Source: a virus. From it: a stretch of DNA of 53,351 nucleotides. The stretch is taken from UHGV virus genome UHGV-0304279; one strand, given 5' to 3'. The notes under the pieces were generated by a model. That model searched no databases, was not told the origin of the DNA, and saw nothing but the letters and a program-made list of their open reading frames with translations. The number at the start of each line of letters is the position of its first letter. Within the stretch, counting starts at the first letter, position 1. The position numbers were made by a program, and so were the translations under genes. Positions 45,498-53,351 of this stretch are shown in pieces.

Positions 45498-45962
45498 ATG
45501 CCTATCAGGGGAGTTAAACGCGTCCGTGAGAGATTAAAGCAGGAGCTAAAGGAAATCACCGATAAAAAGACGCACGAAGTTTTATGGCGCGTCGGTATGC
45601 TGGCTGGTGGCTTTGCGGCGAACATGACCCCGGTCGATACGGGTTTTTTAATTAACAGTCAATTCCAGTACATAGGAAAGACGGCAGATGGCTTACAATT
45701 ACGCCTGGGATATACGGCCCGCTATGCTGAATGGGTGCACAATATGCCAGGTACATTAAAGGGCCAGCCTCGCGAACATTTCGGCAAAACTAATAACCTG
45801 TCTGAATTCGGCCCTAAACAGGTAATTGAATTCGGCGGCGGTACTGGTAAGGGTAAATATTGGGACCCAAACGCGGAGCCGGAATTCTTGCGCAAGGCAT
45901 TCGAAGACCCTAACCACGCAGATGATATTTACAAAGAAATTGTAGAAGGTTACAAGGTATGA
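45498..45962 (+). CDS. HK97 gp10-like head-tail joining protein
   Basis: Position and weak family resemblance. Confidence 0.5.
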   Translation: MPIRGVKRVRERLKQELKEITDKKTHEVLWRVGMLAGGFAANMTPVDTGFLINSQFQYIGKTADGLQLRLGYTARYAEWVHNMPGTLKGQPREHFGKTNNLSEFGPKQVIEFGGGTGKGKYWDPNAEPEFLRKAFEDPNHADDIYKEIVEGYKV

Positions 45963-46345
45963 AACGCAGCGAAGTTTACGACGAAATAAGGGATTGGATT
46001 CAATCCCACGGATACGATGAAGGCTATATTTTGCAGGCCCGTTTCTGGAATGAGCGAAGCAATTCGAATAATGACAGATACATCGTGATCCAGCAAAACG
46101 GCGGCGCGGCTGGTGAGGAAGCAATAACCCGTGATTATTTCCGCATCCTGGTTATTTCAGCGCGTAATGATGCAAATATCAGTGAGGTGGAAGACCTTGC
46201 CGACGCCATCCGCCAAAGTATGTTAACAGAATATAAAACTGATAAAATTACACACATGAAGCCAGTTGGCGCTATTCCTGCAATGCAAACAAGAGAAGGG
46301 CGCTTTATTTTTACCGTAGCCTTTCAAACCATCATATCAAGATAA
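45959..46345 (+). CDS. tail terminator/completion protein
   Basis: Position immediately upstream of the major tail protein. Confidence 0.5.
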   Translation: MKRSEVYDEIRDWIQSHGYDEGYILQARFWNERSNSNNDRYIVIQQNGGAAGEEAITRDYFRILVISARNDANISEVEDLADAIRQSMLTEYKTDKITHMKPVGAIPAMQTREGRFIFTVAFQTIISR

Positions 46346-46358
46346 GAGGTAAATTAAC

Positions 46359-46835
46359 ATGTCTCAGACTTGCGAAAAGGGCACGTTTACAGGCCGTGAC
46401 GTTGCTGTATTCTTCGCTATCGCTTGTCCAAATGCGAAGCCGGAAGCTGAAGTGTACAAAGCGTTAGGCATGATGCGTGGTAAAACACTTTCCGTTGAAT
46501 GGGAAACCGCTGACGCCACCGCCGATAAATCAGCCGATTACACGAAAGAATCAATGGTTACTTACAAATCCGTTTCTTTCTCCGGCGACGGTGTGTCCCG
46601 CACTGAAGAAATCCATAATCAGAAAGCGCTGAAACGCCACGTAATTACACCAGGTGAAACCACTGGATCACAACCTTATGTATGGCTAAAGATCGTTTCT
46701 CCTGTAGACGTAACCGAAGGCCCATTCCTTTGCACTTCCTTTAAAGAAGAAGATCCGCACGATGATGTTTCTACCTGGTCTATTGAGTGCGAAAGCGCTG
46801 GACAGGTAACGGTAGGCGATATCCCATCGGAATAA
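46359..46835 (+). CDS. major tail protein
   Basis: 158 aa, position upstream of chaperone and tape measure; terminator downstream; RBS AAGAGG. Confidence 0.7.
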   Translation: MSQTCEKGTFTGRDVAVFFAIACPNAKPEAEVYKALGMMRGKTLSVEWETADATADKSADYTKESMVTYKSVSFSGDGVSRTEEIHNQKALKRHVITPGETTGSQPYVWLKIVSPVDVTEGPFLCTSFKEEDPHDDVSTWSIECESAGQVTVGDIPSE

Positions 46836-46853
46836 CAACTCAGATTAACAATC

Positions 46854-46877
46854 GGGGCCATTTGGCCCCTTTCTTTT
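46854..46877 (+). terminator. rho-independent terminator after the major tail gene
   Basis: GGGGCC-attt-GGCCCC followed by TTTCTTTT. Confidence 0.75.
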
Positions 46878-46889
46878 AGGGTGATAACT

Positions 46890-47567
46890 ATGATTCATGT
46901 TCGGACCGGGCAATTTGCGGCGGTGGTAGACGGTAGGCGGTATGTGTTTAATCCCTGCTTCGCCGCGATGGCAAAAATAGGCAGTGACAGAGAACTGGTC
47001 GAATATTTCGCAACAATCCACGGCGGCAAATATCCATCACGCTTGCCAGCAGACCCAGACTTACGCAATCGCATTCTGGCGCGGTGTTATGGTGAAATAG
47101 TGCAGACATCAATGCACATCCTGAAATGTTGCTCAGACGATGAAATAGGCCCGTTATTGGGCGAGTGTAGGTTTACTCCTTCGGGCAAGTTGCGACTAAA
47201 ACCAGGCTTGATGCCTACTGACGACGTTATCACGCTGGCGCAGCATTGCGTGTACCACGGCTTAATCGGTGATGGGCCGGAAGAAGATGCCGGAGAAATC
47301 CCGGAAGGGGAATATAAACCGACTTTTAACGTCCTTGAATTCGTCTATTCTGCCGTTGCTCACCTGGGCTTGTCAGAATCGGAAGCATGGAATATGACAA
47401 TGACCGGATATAGGGCCACTGTACGCGCTAAAACGCCGCCAGACGAAAGAAGCGAAAGAAGTAAGCCAAACGTTCACATAAATAAACGTGCTTATGACGA
47501 GCAAATGGAGGCCGCTAAAAAGGCGCTAAAAAGAATGGAAAATCGCAAGCAAGAAAAAGCCCGGTAG
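46890..47567 (+). CDS. tail assembly chaperone (gpG-like)
   Basis: Position immediately upstream of the tape measure region; acidic segment; Lys-rich C-terminus; no frameshift partner found. Confidence 0.55.
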   Translation: MIHVRTGQFAAVVDGRRYVFNPCFAAMAKIGSDRELVEYFATIHGGKYPSRLPADPDLRNRILARCYGEIVQTSMHILKCCSDDEIGPLLGECRFTPSGKLRLKPGLMPTDDVITLAQHCVYHGLIGDGPEEDAGEIPEGEYKPTFNVLEFVYSAVAHLGLSESEAWNMTMTGYRATVRAKTPPDERSERSKPNVHINKRAYDEQMEAAKKALKRMENRKQEKAR

Positions 47568-47582
47568 ATCCGGGCGTTTGTC

Positions 47583-47996
47583 TTATTTGATTCTAACAAT
47601 ATCAATAAAACCGTTACCTAAATCGACAATTGCGTGATTTTTTGCGCCAGCGCCGCCTTCATTAAAAATTCTTTCAGCGAAAGCAACTTTATTTGCTTTA
47701 CACTCGTTAGCTATCCTGTTTTTTATTTCGCTATTGTTTTCAAAGACTACGCTTACAGCAGCCTCGTTTACAAGGCCATAATTAAACCAACGAGCATAAA
47801 CTGGTTTACCTTCAAAATTTTTATCAATTGCCTTAAAAAGAATTGTGGGTGCGACTGGTTCTTTTTTGATCATGTCGTGATATGCGGCTACATGGTTTGC
47901 CACTTCTTCACAGTTAATGTTTATGGCCTCGTTAGCGTTCGCGTTAAATGCCAGTGCAGCAATCACAGCAAGTACCATTTTTGCTAACCGTTTCAT
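47583..47996 (-). CDS. secreted protein (moron) with N-terminal signal peptide
   Basis: MKRLAKMVLAVIAALAFNANA signal peptide; antisense to the tail operon; bidirectional hairpin at 47555-47582. Confidence 0.55.
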   Translation of the reverse strand: MKRLAKMVLAVIAALAFNANANEAININCEEVANHVAAYHDMIKKEPVAPTILFKAIDKNFEGKPVYARWFNYGLVNEAAVSVVFENNSEIKNRIANECKANKVAFAERIFNEGGAGAKNHAIVDLGNGFIDIVRIK

Positions 47997-48247
47997 AATT
48001 AACCCCTGTAATTATTCTGATTTGCTAAATGCTTCCTTTAACTTAGTTATACACGCATATTGTTTATTTTTTAAGTGCTTTTAACATTTCTTCGATAAGG
48101 TCCGCATAGCGTTCATATTCGTTGGGACGGTAGTTTACGTTTCTCATTTTCTTATCCTCTTTCACTTCCTCCGGGACATCCGGCCTTCCTGCATCTCTTC
48201 TATCTTTCTCTACATCATCTATACAAAACGGTATCGTTAAAATAAAG

Positions 48248-48288
48248 ACATTTTGTATAAAATAGATACATAGATCACATTTTGCATG
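48248..48288 (+). promoter_or_regulatory. restart promoter-like region upstream of the tape measure gene
   Basis: ACATTTTGTATAA with -10-like TATAAA, then GATCACATTTTGCATG; RBS GAGG before ATG 48299. Confidence 0.4.
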
Positions 48289-48298
48289 AGGTTAAATC

Positions 48299-50638
48299 AT
48301 GGCTACCAGTGTAGGTACAATTTATTACGAAGTTGACGCAAAAACAGGACAACTTCTTGTAGCACAACGACAGGCAGACCAAGCCTTTGACCGTATAGAG
48401 CGCGGTGCTAAACAGGCCGATCGCCAGGTAAACACACTGAAAACATCAATCAAAGCACTGACCAGGGTTATCCATCTGCTAATTGCTGCCGAGGCCGTTA
48501 GACAGTTTATGGAAATGGCAGAGCAGGCCAAAATGCTACGCGTCAAAATCAAAATGCTGACAGGCAACGCGGAATCTGCCGGGCGGGTTTTTGATGGTCT
48601 GAAAGAAATATCCAGGGAGACGGGGCAGAGCCTGAAAGATACTGGCGAATTATGGCAAGGCCTGGCTATCTCACTAAAAAACACCTCCGCTACGGAAGGG
48701 CAATTGCTTAACCTGGTTGGCACCATTCAGAAGATGGGCGCGTTAGGGGGCGCGTCAGCAGAGCAAATGTCAAACTCTATGCGCCAGTTCCGACAGTCTA
48801 TTGACGGCGGCGTACTTCGCGCAGAAGAATTCAACAGCTTGCTTGAAAATACGCCGACCATCGTACAAACAATGGCCCGCAAGATGGGATTATCAATGGG
48901 CCAGTTCCGCGCCGAAATGCTGGACGGCAAGATCACGGCAGAGAGGATGGTTAACGCAATCCAGGCGGCTACGCAGGAAACAAACGAGCAGTTCGCACAG
49001 TTGCCGCGCACATCCGGCATGGCTATCAATGAACTAAAAGTCGAGGTAATGGGTCTGGTGGAACAACTGGACGATCTTTTCGGTGTATCAGATGGCGTAG
49101 TCTCAGCTATCGACTTGATCACAAAAGGAGTTAATGGGCTAGGTGAGGGCGCTAAATTCGCTAAAACCTGCTTTGATACGCTCAAAACGGCTGGTAGCGA
49201 ATTCATCGACATGTTTGATGATGTGGCTGTGAAGGCTGGCGAGGTGGCAGAGAAGATCATCGCAATGGTGACGCCAATCAAGGCGCTAATGGATGGCTAT
49301 AAATGGATGAAAGAGATTGTCGATGAACGCAAGGAAGAACTAAACAGCAACAACGAGAAAAAATTTGGCCCTACCATCGGTAAATTCATGACGTTTAAAA
49401 ACGACATTGAAAAGGCGACCGCCGCTTATGACGAGCTTATGCAGAAACAGGCAGAAGCCAACGACGGAGCTATTACCGGATTCGATAAGCCAGTTGATAA
49501 GCCGAAAAAACAGAAAAAAGAGAAGAAATCGGAAGCTGATCGGCTTGGAGACAAGGGCATAAGCGTTTCTGATCAGTACAACAAAGACGCCGCCGCCATG
49601 CGCAAAGCGTTAGAGAACGGCAAGGCCATTGATGCTGCGTTCGCCCAGGGTAAAATCACACTCCTTGAGTACCGCGCCGCGCAAAAAGGGATCGGCAAGG
49701 AACTGAAAGAAGAATTAGCGCAGATCCCGGTAGATGAATTGCGTGATAAATGGTCGCAAATAGTTAGCCCAATGGACCAGCTAAAAGGCGAAGTTGACCC
49801 TATCCAGCAGGCGCAAAATGAATGGGCCGTCCGTAAGCAAATGCTTATCGACCTGGGCGCTACAGAAGCACAACAGAAACAGGAATTATTAGCCTATGAG
49901 CAGCAGATCCGCGATCTGAAGTGGGAACAGTGGCAGGCGCAAAGCCAGACAAACGGCCTGATCGGTGATTGCGTTAATGGCCTTAAAGGTGGCATGAGCA
50001 ATGCGCTTGTTGGCCTGCTTAACGGTACTCAATCATTGAGCGATGTTTTTGCTAACTTAGGCAGCAATATACTTGGGAATATCGGTAACAGACTTTCGGA
50101 CATAGCTGCCAACTGGATAGCAGATCAAATCATGATGGAGACACAAAGCAAAGCCACGCAGGCCAGCACAACGGCAAGCGCGGTTGCCGCTCAGGGAAGC
50201 ATTGCGGCGGCGGCGGCCCCGGCGGCGGCAGCGACAGCGGCATCAACTGGCGGTAGCTGGGCGGCGGCTGGCTCGGCGGCGCTTACTGCGATCATGTCGC
50301 TGGCAACATCCATTTTCGGCGGCGGGCGCTTTAATGGTGGTAGCGTAATTGGTGGCAATATGTACCGCGTCGGGGAACATAACAGGCCGGAGCTATTCCA
50401 GACGTCTAACGGCAACCAATACATGATCCCCGGCGAGAATGGCAGGGTTATCCCGGGGCGTGATATTGGCGGCGGCGGCGGTATCAGTATGCCTGTTTAC
50501 ATCGACATTCAAACCACAAACGGATTTAGTGACGAAGACAGCCGCAGACTTGAACAGACAATGGAACGTGTAGCCATGAAAATGATAACAAGGGAATCGC
50601 AAAGACCTGGCGGGATGTTGCAACCGCGCCGCAAATAA
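48299..50638 (+). CDS. tail tape measure protein
   Basis: 779 aa, helical N-terminal two thirds, Gly/Ala-rich C-terminal region; position. Confidence 0.85.
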   Translation: MATSVGTIYYEVDAKTGQLLVAQRQADQAFDRIERGAKQADRQVNTLKTSIKALTRVIHLLIAAEAVRQFMEMAEQAKMLRVKIKMLTGNAESAGRVFDGLKEISRETGQSLKDTGELWQGLAISLKNTSATEGQLLNLVGTIQKMGALGGASAEQMSNSMRQFRQSIDGGVLRAEEFNSLLENTPTIVQTMARKMGLSMGQFRAEMLDGKITAERMVNAIQAATQETNEQFAQLPRTSGMAINELKVEVMGLVEQLDDLFGVSDGVVSAIDLITKGVNGLGEGAKFAKTCFDTLKTAGSEFIDMFDDVAVKAGEVAEKIIAMVTPIKALMDGYKWMKEIVDERKEELNSNNEKKFGPTIGKFMTFKNDIEKATAAYDELMQKQAEANDGAITGFDKPVDKPKKQKKEKKSEADRLGDKGISVSDQYNKDAAAMRKALENGKAIDAAFAQGKITLLEYRAAQKGIGKELKEELAQIPVDELRDKWSQIVSPMDQLKGEVDPIQQAQNEWAVRKQMLIDLGATEAQQKQELLAYEQQIRDLKWEQWQAQSQTNGLIGDCVNGLKGGMSNALVGLLNGTQSLSDVFANLGSNILGNIGNRLSDIAANWIADQIMMETQSKATQASTTASAVAAQGSIAAAAAPAAAATAASTGGSWAAAGSAALTAIMSLATSIFGGGRFNGGSVIGGNMYRVGEHNRPELFQTSNGNQYMIPGENGRVIPGRDIGGGGGISMPVYIDIQTTNGFSDEDSRRLEQTMERVAMKMITRESQRPGGMLQPRRK

Positions 50639-50644
50639 CACTAA

Positions 50645-50670
50645 GGCCGCTATAAGCGGCCTTTATTTTA
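50645..50670 (+). terminator. bidirectional terminator between the tape measure gene and the antisense cassette
   Basis: GGCCGC-tataa-GCGGCC followed by TTTATTTT. Confidence 0.65.
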
Positions 50671-50955
50671 CATGGTAAGGATATAAATTAAACAGCACAG
50701 GAATGCGGGCGCGGCGAAGTCGCAAACGCTAGCCATATTCCATGCTTTTGGTAAAAAACCACCATACCACGGCATTCTTTCTCGTTTCCCTCCGCAAAAT
50801 TCCGCTATGTAACGATATTCAGCCTGTGTGTGTTCCCGTGCAAAAAAGAATGTACATCCAATCAGGCCGCCAGTGAGATAATCACCAGTAAGCAGGCCGA
50901 TAACAACCTGTATAGTCGCCGCAGCCAGTGCGTGACCAATAACGGTTAAATCCAT
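50668..50955 (-). CDS. small membrane protein (moron)
   Basis: Two or three hydrophobic segments; RBS GGGAGG. Confidence 0.5.
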   Translation of the reverse strand: MDLTVIGHALAAATIQVVIGLLTGDYLTGGLIGCTFFFAREHTQAEYRYIAEFCGGKRERMPWYGGFLPKAWNMASVCDFAAPAFLCCLIYILTM

Positions 50956-50957
50956 CG

Positions 50958-51143
50958 TTAATCCTCCCGATCGTTCTCAAATGTGCCATCTACAAATTTT
51001 TGCAGCCCGGCGATAAGTTGTGTTGCCTGCGATTTTTCAATTACTATGGTTTCAGTCCCCATAAGTTCGGTTATCCACAGCCGACCATCCTCATCAAGAT
51101 CTAACCTAACTCCGTAACATAACTCTGTTTCGTCAATAATCAT
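50958..51143 (-). CDS. hypothetical acidic protein (moron)
   Basis: 61 aa ORF coupled to the downstream membrane protein gene. Confidence 0.4.
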   Translation of the reverse strand: MIIDETELCYGVRLDLDEDGRLWITELMGTETIVIEKSQATQLIAGLQKFVDGTFENDRED

Positions 51144-51253
51144 TTTTCATCCTATAATCTTCCGTTACGTGCGACGTAACCCCCTGCCGAACATCACTAA
51201 CCAGATGTTCCAGATCTCCCGCTAGGTATATTTCTCCTCCTCCATATTCCACC

Positions 51254-51508
51254 TCACTTATGAGCGCCTTTCACTCCGCAATGACGGTTGTATTCCAGGT
51301 GATCGATAATTAACCAAATATTCAAATCTTCACTGAACAGCCGCCAGTCAGGATTGATATCGAATTTAAAGCCATAACCATCACGTAATTTTTTGGGGCG
51401 GGCTTCTTTTTTCAGGAAGGCGTTAAGCAACTTCTTGCCTTTCTTGATTACCCGTTCCTGTGCATTCTTTTGTGCTTTCAGGTTTTTTTCGATAGTTACC
51501 AGTTTCAT
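51254..51508 (-). CDS. hypothetical basic protein (moron), possible toxin-like partner
   Basis: 84 aa, Lys-rich N-terminus; RBS GGGGTGAG; lies 17 nt downstream of a 51 aa ORF. Confidence 0.45.
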   Translation of the reverse strand: MKLVTIEKNLKAQKNAQERVIKKGKKLLNAFLKKEARPKKLRDGYGFKFDINPDWRLFSEDLNIWLIIDHLEYNRHCGVKGAHK

Positions 51509-51525
51509 AACTCACCCCATCGTCC

Positions 51526-51681
51526 TTAGTTAAGCGCCCTCAGGAAGAAATCCCGGTATTCATCATCCTTCGCGTTCATCATGAATTGACCGTATTTGAA
51601 TGCGTCGTCGAAACCCTTAACAATTGCTACTTCCACTTGCTCGAATGCGTTGTTTAGCATCACTACTACATAGCTACTCAT
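51526..51681 (-). CDS. hypothetical small protein (51 aa), first gene of the antisense cassette
   Basis: MSSYVVVMLNNAFEQVEVAIVKGFDDAFKYGQFMMNAKDDEYRDFFLRALN; RBS GTGAGG. Confidence 0.4.
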   Translation of the reverse strand: MSSYVVVMLNNAFEQVEVAIVKGFDDAFKYGQFMMNAKDDEYRDFFLRALN

Positions 51682-51754
51682 TTTTGGGCCTCACTTGCTG
51701 GTACCGCTTTTCTTCTTGCTTCCTGTATACGGCTTGTTGCTTCATGTGTGAATA

Positions 51755-51837
51755 CATATTGTAAACTAGCTATAATTCTTGTGACGAATATCTCATTTTT
51801 CGCGTAGAAGCGCGTAAAGATATATACAAAATGTAAC
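51755..51837 (+). promoter_or_regulatory. restart promoter-like region upstream of the gpM-like gene
   Basis: ATACATATTGTAAAC (51755-51769), perfect -10 TATAAT (51771-51776), ATATACAAAATGTAAC (51822-51837). Confidence 0.45.
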
Positions 51838-51851
51838 TTACAGGAGGGGGT

Positions 51852-52205
51852 ATGCCGGAAGTGTTCAGATGGACACCACAGAGAAGCTACAGCGTAAACA
51901 GTGAGCCTAACGTGTCCGTTATCAAGCTGGGCGATGGCTATGAACAGCGCCAGACAAAAGGGATTAATCCACTACTTGACAGCTATACGCTGGTCTTTAA
52001 AGGTACGAGCGCCGGATGCGGTGACGCCGGAAACGTGGCGCTCCAGGTTGACGCATTTTTAAGAGCACGTTGCGCGGTCGAGGCGTTTTACTGGACGCCA
52101 TCTACAGACGGAGTGAAAAGGCTTTTTGTATGCCGAAAGTGGAGCATGGCGAAAGACGGCCCGGTATGCACTCTGAATGCAACGTTTGAACAAGTTATCA
52201 ATTAA
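51852..52205 (+). CDS. minor tail protein M (lambda gpM-like)
   Basis: Resembles lambda gpM end to end (FRW.P, GDGY.QR, FLWTP, C.KWS, F.AEFEQV.N); RBS AGGAGGGGG. Confidence 0.8.
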   Translation: MPEVFRWTPQRSYSVNSEPNVSVIKLGDGYEQRQTKGINPLLDSYTLVFKGTSAGCGDAGNVALQVDAFLRARCAVEAFYWTPSTDGVKRLFVCRKWSMAKDGPVCTLNATFEQVIN

Positions 52206-52218
52206 TGGAGAAGTCAAT

Positions 52219-52404
52219 ATGTATGCTATTTGTGTAGTTGACCGCACGGGCGCTTTTACATTATTTGACGACTATGAAATCAAAGATCTTACCGTAAAGG
52301 CTGACAATGGCGAGATCTGGTATCTTCATGACGTTGGTGACGGGTATGTTGGGTGCAGGTCGAGAGAGGGAAGGGAAGTTTTATTTTTGGTTGATAGCGT
52401 ATAA
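52219..52404 (+). CDS. hypothetical protein
   Basis: RBS GGAGAAG. Confidence 0.4.
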   Translation: MYAICVVDRTGAFTLFDDYEIKDLTVKADNGEIWYLHDVGDGYVGCRSREGREVLFLVDSV

Positions 52405-52504
52405 ACACGACCCCGCGCGAAGCGGGGTTTATAGTGTCGATAGCAGAATGCATAACAATCCAATAATGATAATAATCATCTCCAGAACGTAATGTTCGCA
52501 CATC

Positions 52505-52753
52505 TCATAACGCCCCCTTCAAATATGTCAATCCCTTATCAGTGACGAATGAATGGTTTACCTGGTTTTCATCCGTCATGATGATGAATAACTTTTCCTG
52601 TAGGTATTTCGCTTTTGGGTACAGCGTTAAACAGACCTGGTACAAAACCCCGCGCTCAATCAGCAAATCAATAAATTCGTGCTCATGATAACCGATAAGG
52701 CGGGCGGCCTGTTTCAACGTGTACACATAGCCACCGTGATTGCGCCGCGTCAT
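52505..52753 (-). CDS. hypothetical protein (moron; possible HTH)
   Basis: RBS AAGGTGG. Confidence 0.45.
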   Translation of the reverse strand: MTRRNHGGYVYTLKQAARLIGYHEHEFIDLLIERGVLYQVCLTLYPKAKYLQEKLFIIMTDENQVNHSFVTDKGLTYLKGAL

Positions 52754-52762
52754 ATTGCCACC

Positions 52763-53113
52763 TTATTTGCCGAACGCTCCCAGGTTGTCGATACAGAAAT
52801 CTTTTGCCGCTTTTTCGTATTCACGTTTTGCTTGCGGATCATCTGCCGGGAAACCTTTTGCGTGTATTTCACCAGGACAAGCCTGATCCATAGAGTTGGC
52901 AAAATTAACATTGAAGTTAACATTAATATCTTTCGGGTTCATATCTTCCACCTCATCTGGTATTTGCACCGGAACAACCACAAAATCACGCGCACTAGAC
53001 CAACAACGCAGCAATTCACGACCATCATCACGCGCGGCGTTGTATGTATCGAATAACCCTATGCGCTCCCATTCGCATTTATCAGTGAACACCTCTAATC
53101 TGTATTTTTGCAT
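52763..53113 (-). CDS. hypothetical protein (moron)
   Basis: ATG 53113 with RBS AAGGGTAG. Confidence 0.4.
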   Translation of the reverse strand: MQKYRLEVFTDKCEWERIGLFDTYNAARDDGRELLRCWSSARDFVVVPVQIPDEVEDMNPKDINVNFNVNFANSMDQACPGEIHAKGFPADDPQAKREYEKAAKDFCIDNLGAFGK

Positions 53114-53117
53114 AATG

Positions 53118-53297
53118 CTACCCTTCATTTATTGGCCTGATCCGGTAGCCGATAATGCGGCTATCTTTCTCCATAAGTTCAAAAGCCGTATCTATAGCAT
53201 CATCAGGATTATCGAAATCAGACGTTATGTTTTCATTTCCAGTCATGAAAACCGTAAGCCTCCATAACTTACCGCCGCCATTGCTGCATCGCGCCAT
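53118..53297 (-). CDS. hypothetical protein (moron)
   Basis: ATG 53297 with RBS GGAGGT. Confidence 0.4.
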   Translation of the reverse strand: MARCSNGGGKLWRLTVFMTGNENITSDFDNPDDAIDTAFELMEKDSRIIGYRIRPINEG

Positions 53298-53351
53298 TTT
53301 GTTTACCTCCATTCGTTTGAGTAAAATATACATATTGTAAAAACCGCGATC
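53293..53351 (+). promoter_or_regulatory. motif-containing region at the window end, continuous with positions 1-56 upstream of the gpL-like gene
   Basis: GCCATTTTGTTTAC and ATATACATATTGTAAAA here; CCATTTTGGTATG and GATCACAAAATT at 4-43. Confidence 0.35.

Noticed and set aside
47634-47987. Plus-strand ORF of 117 aa considered as a possible tail chaperone frameshift extension (gpT analogue)
   Set aside because: It is antisense to a signal-peptide gene with a good RBS, is Phe/Cys-rich low complexity, and no convincing slippery heptamer was found at the end of the chaperone gene.

Overview
The window reads as a complete genome of a temperate tailed phage (siphovirus-like, mosaic lambdoid/P22-like), about 53 kb, apparently circularly permuted: the tail operon runs off the 3' end (tape measure 48299-50638, gpM-like 51852-52205) and resumes at the 5' end (gpL-like 57-761, then K, I, J). 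All calls rest on reading the six-frame translations and the DNA by eye; no database search or computation was run, so family assignments are recalled motif and sequence resemblances. Layout: tail tip genes and tail fibre (57-9447), terminator and putative attP with tyrosine integrase (9491-10988), a leftward operon on the minus strand (excisionase-like gene, unknown genes, NinB, DnaB-type helicase, HTH-metallophosphoesterase, replication initiator containing ori iterons; 10952-17560), a CI-like repressor (17869-18516), then one long rightward operon (Erf, SSB, many small unknown genes, a DNA-modification module, NinF/NinG/RusA, Q-like protein, about 25 more small genes, lysis cassette, terminase, portal, head and tail genes). 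The most unusual features are (1) a tandem array of nine mini-genes for 22-31 aa hydrophobic peptides between the lysis cassette and the small terminase gene (36715-37437), next to an HExxH protein; (2) a palindromic motif (about ATACA-N3-TGTAT, half-site TACAAAATGG) recurring in at least 20 intergenic positions; (3) four antisense moron cassettes interrupting the tail operon, each followed by a conserved restart region; (4) a tightly coupled methyltransferase/membrane-protein module; and (5) an HTH-metallophosphoesterase fusion inside the replication operon.
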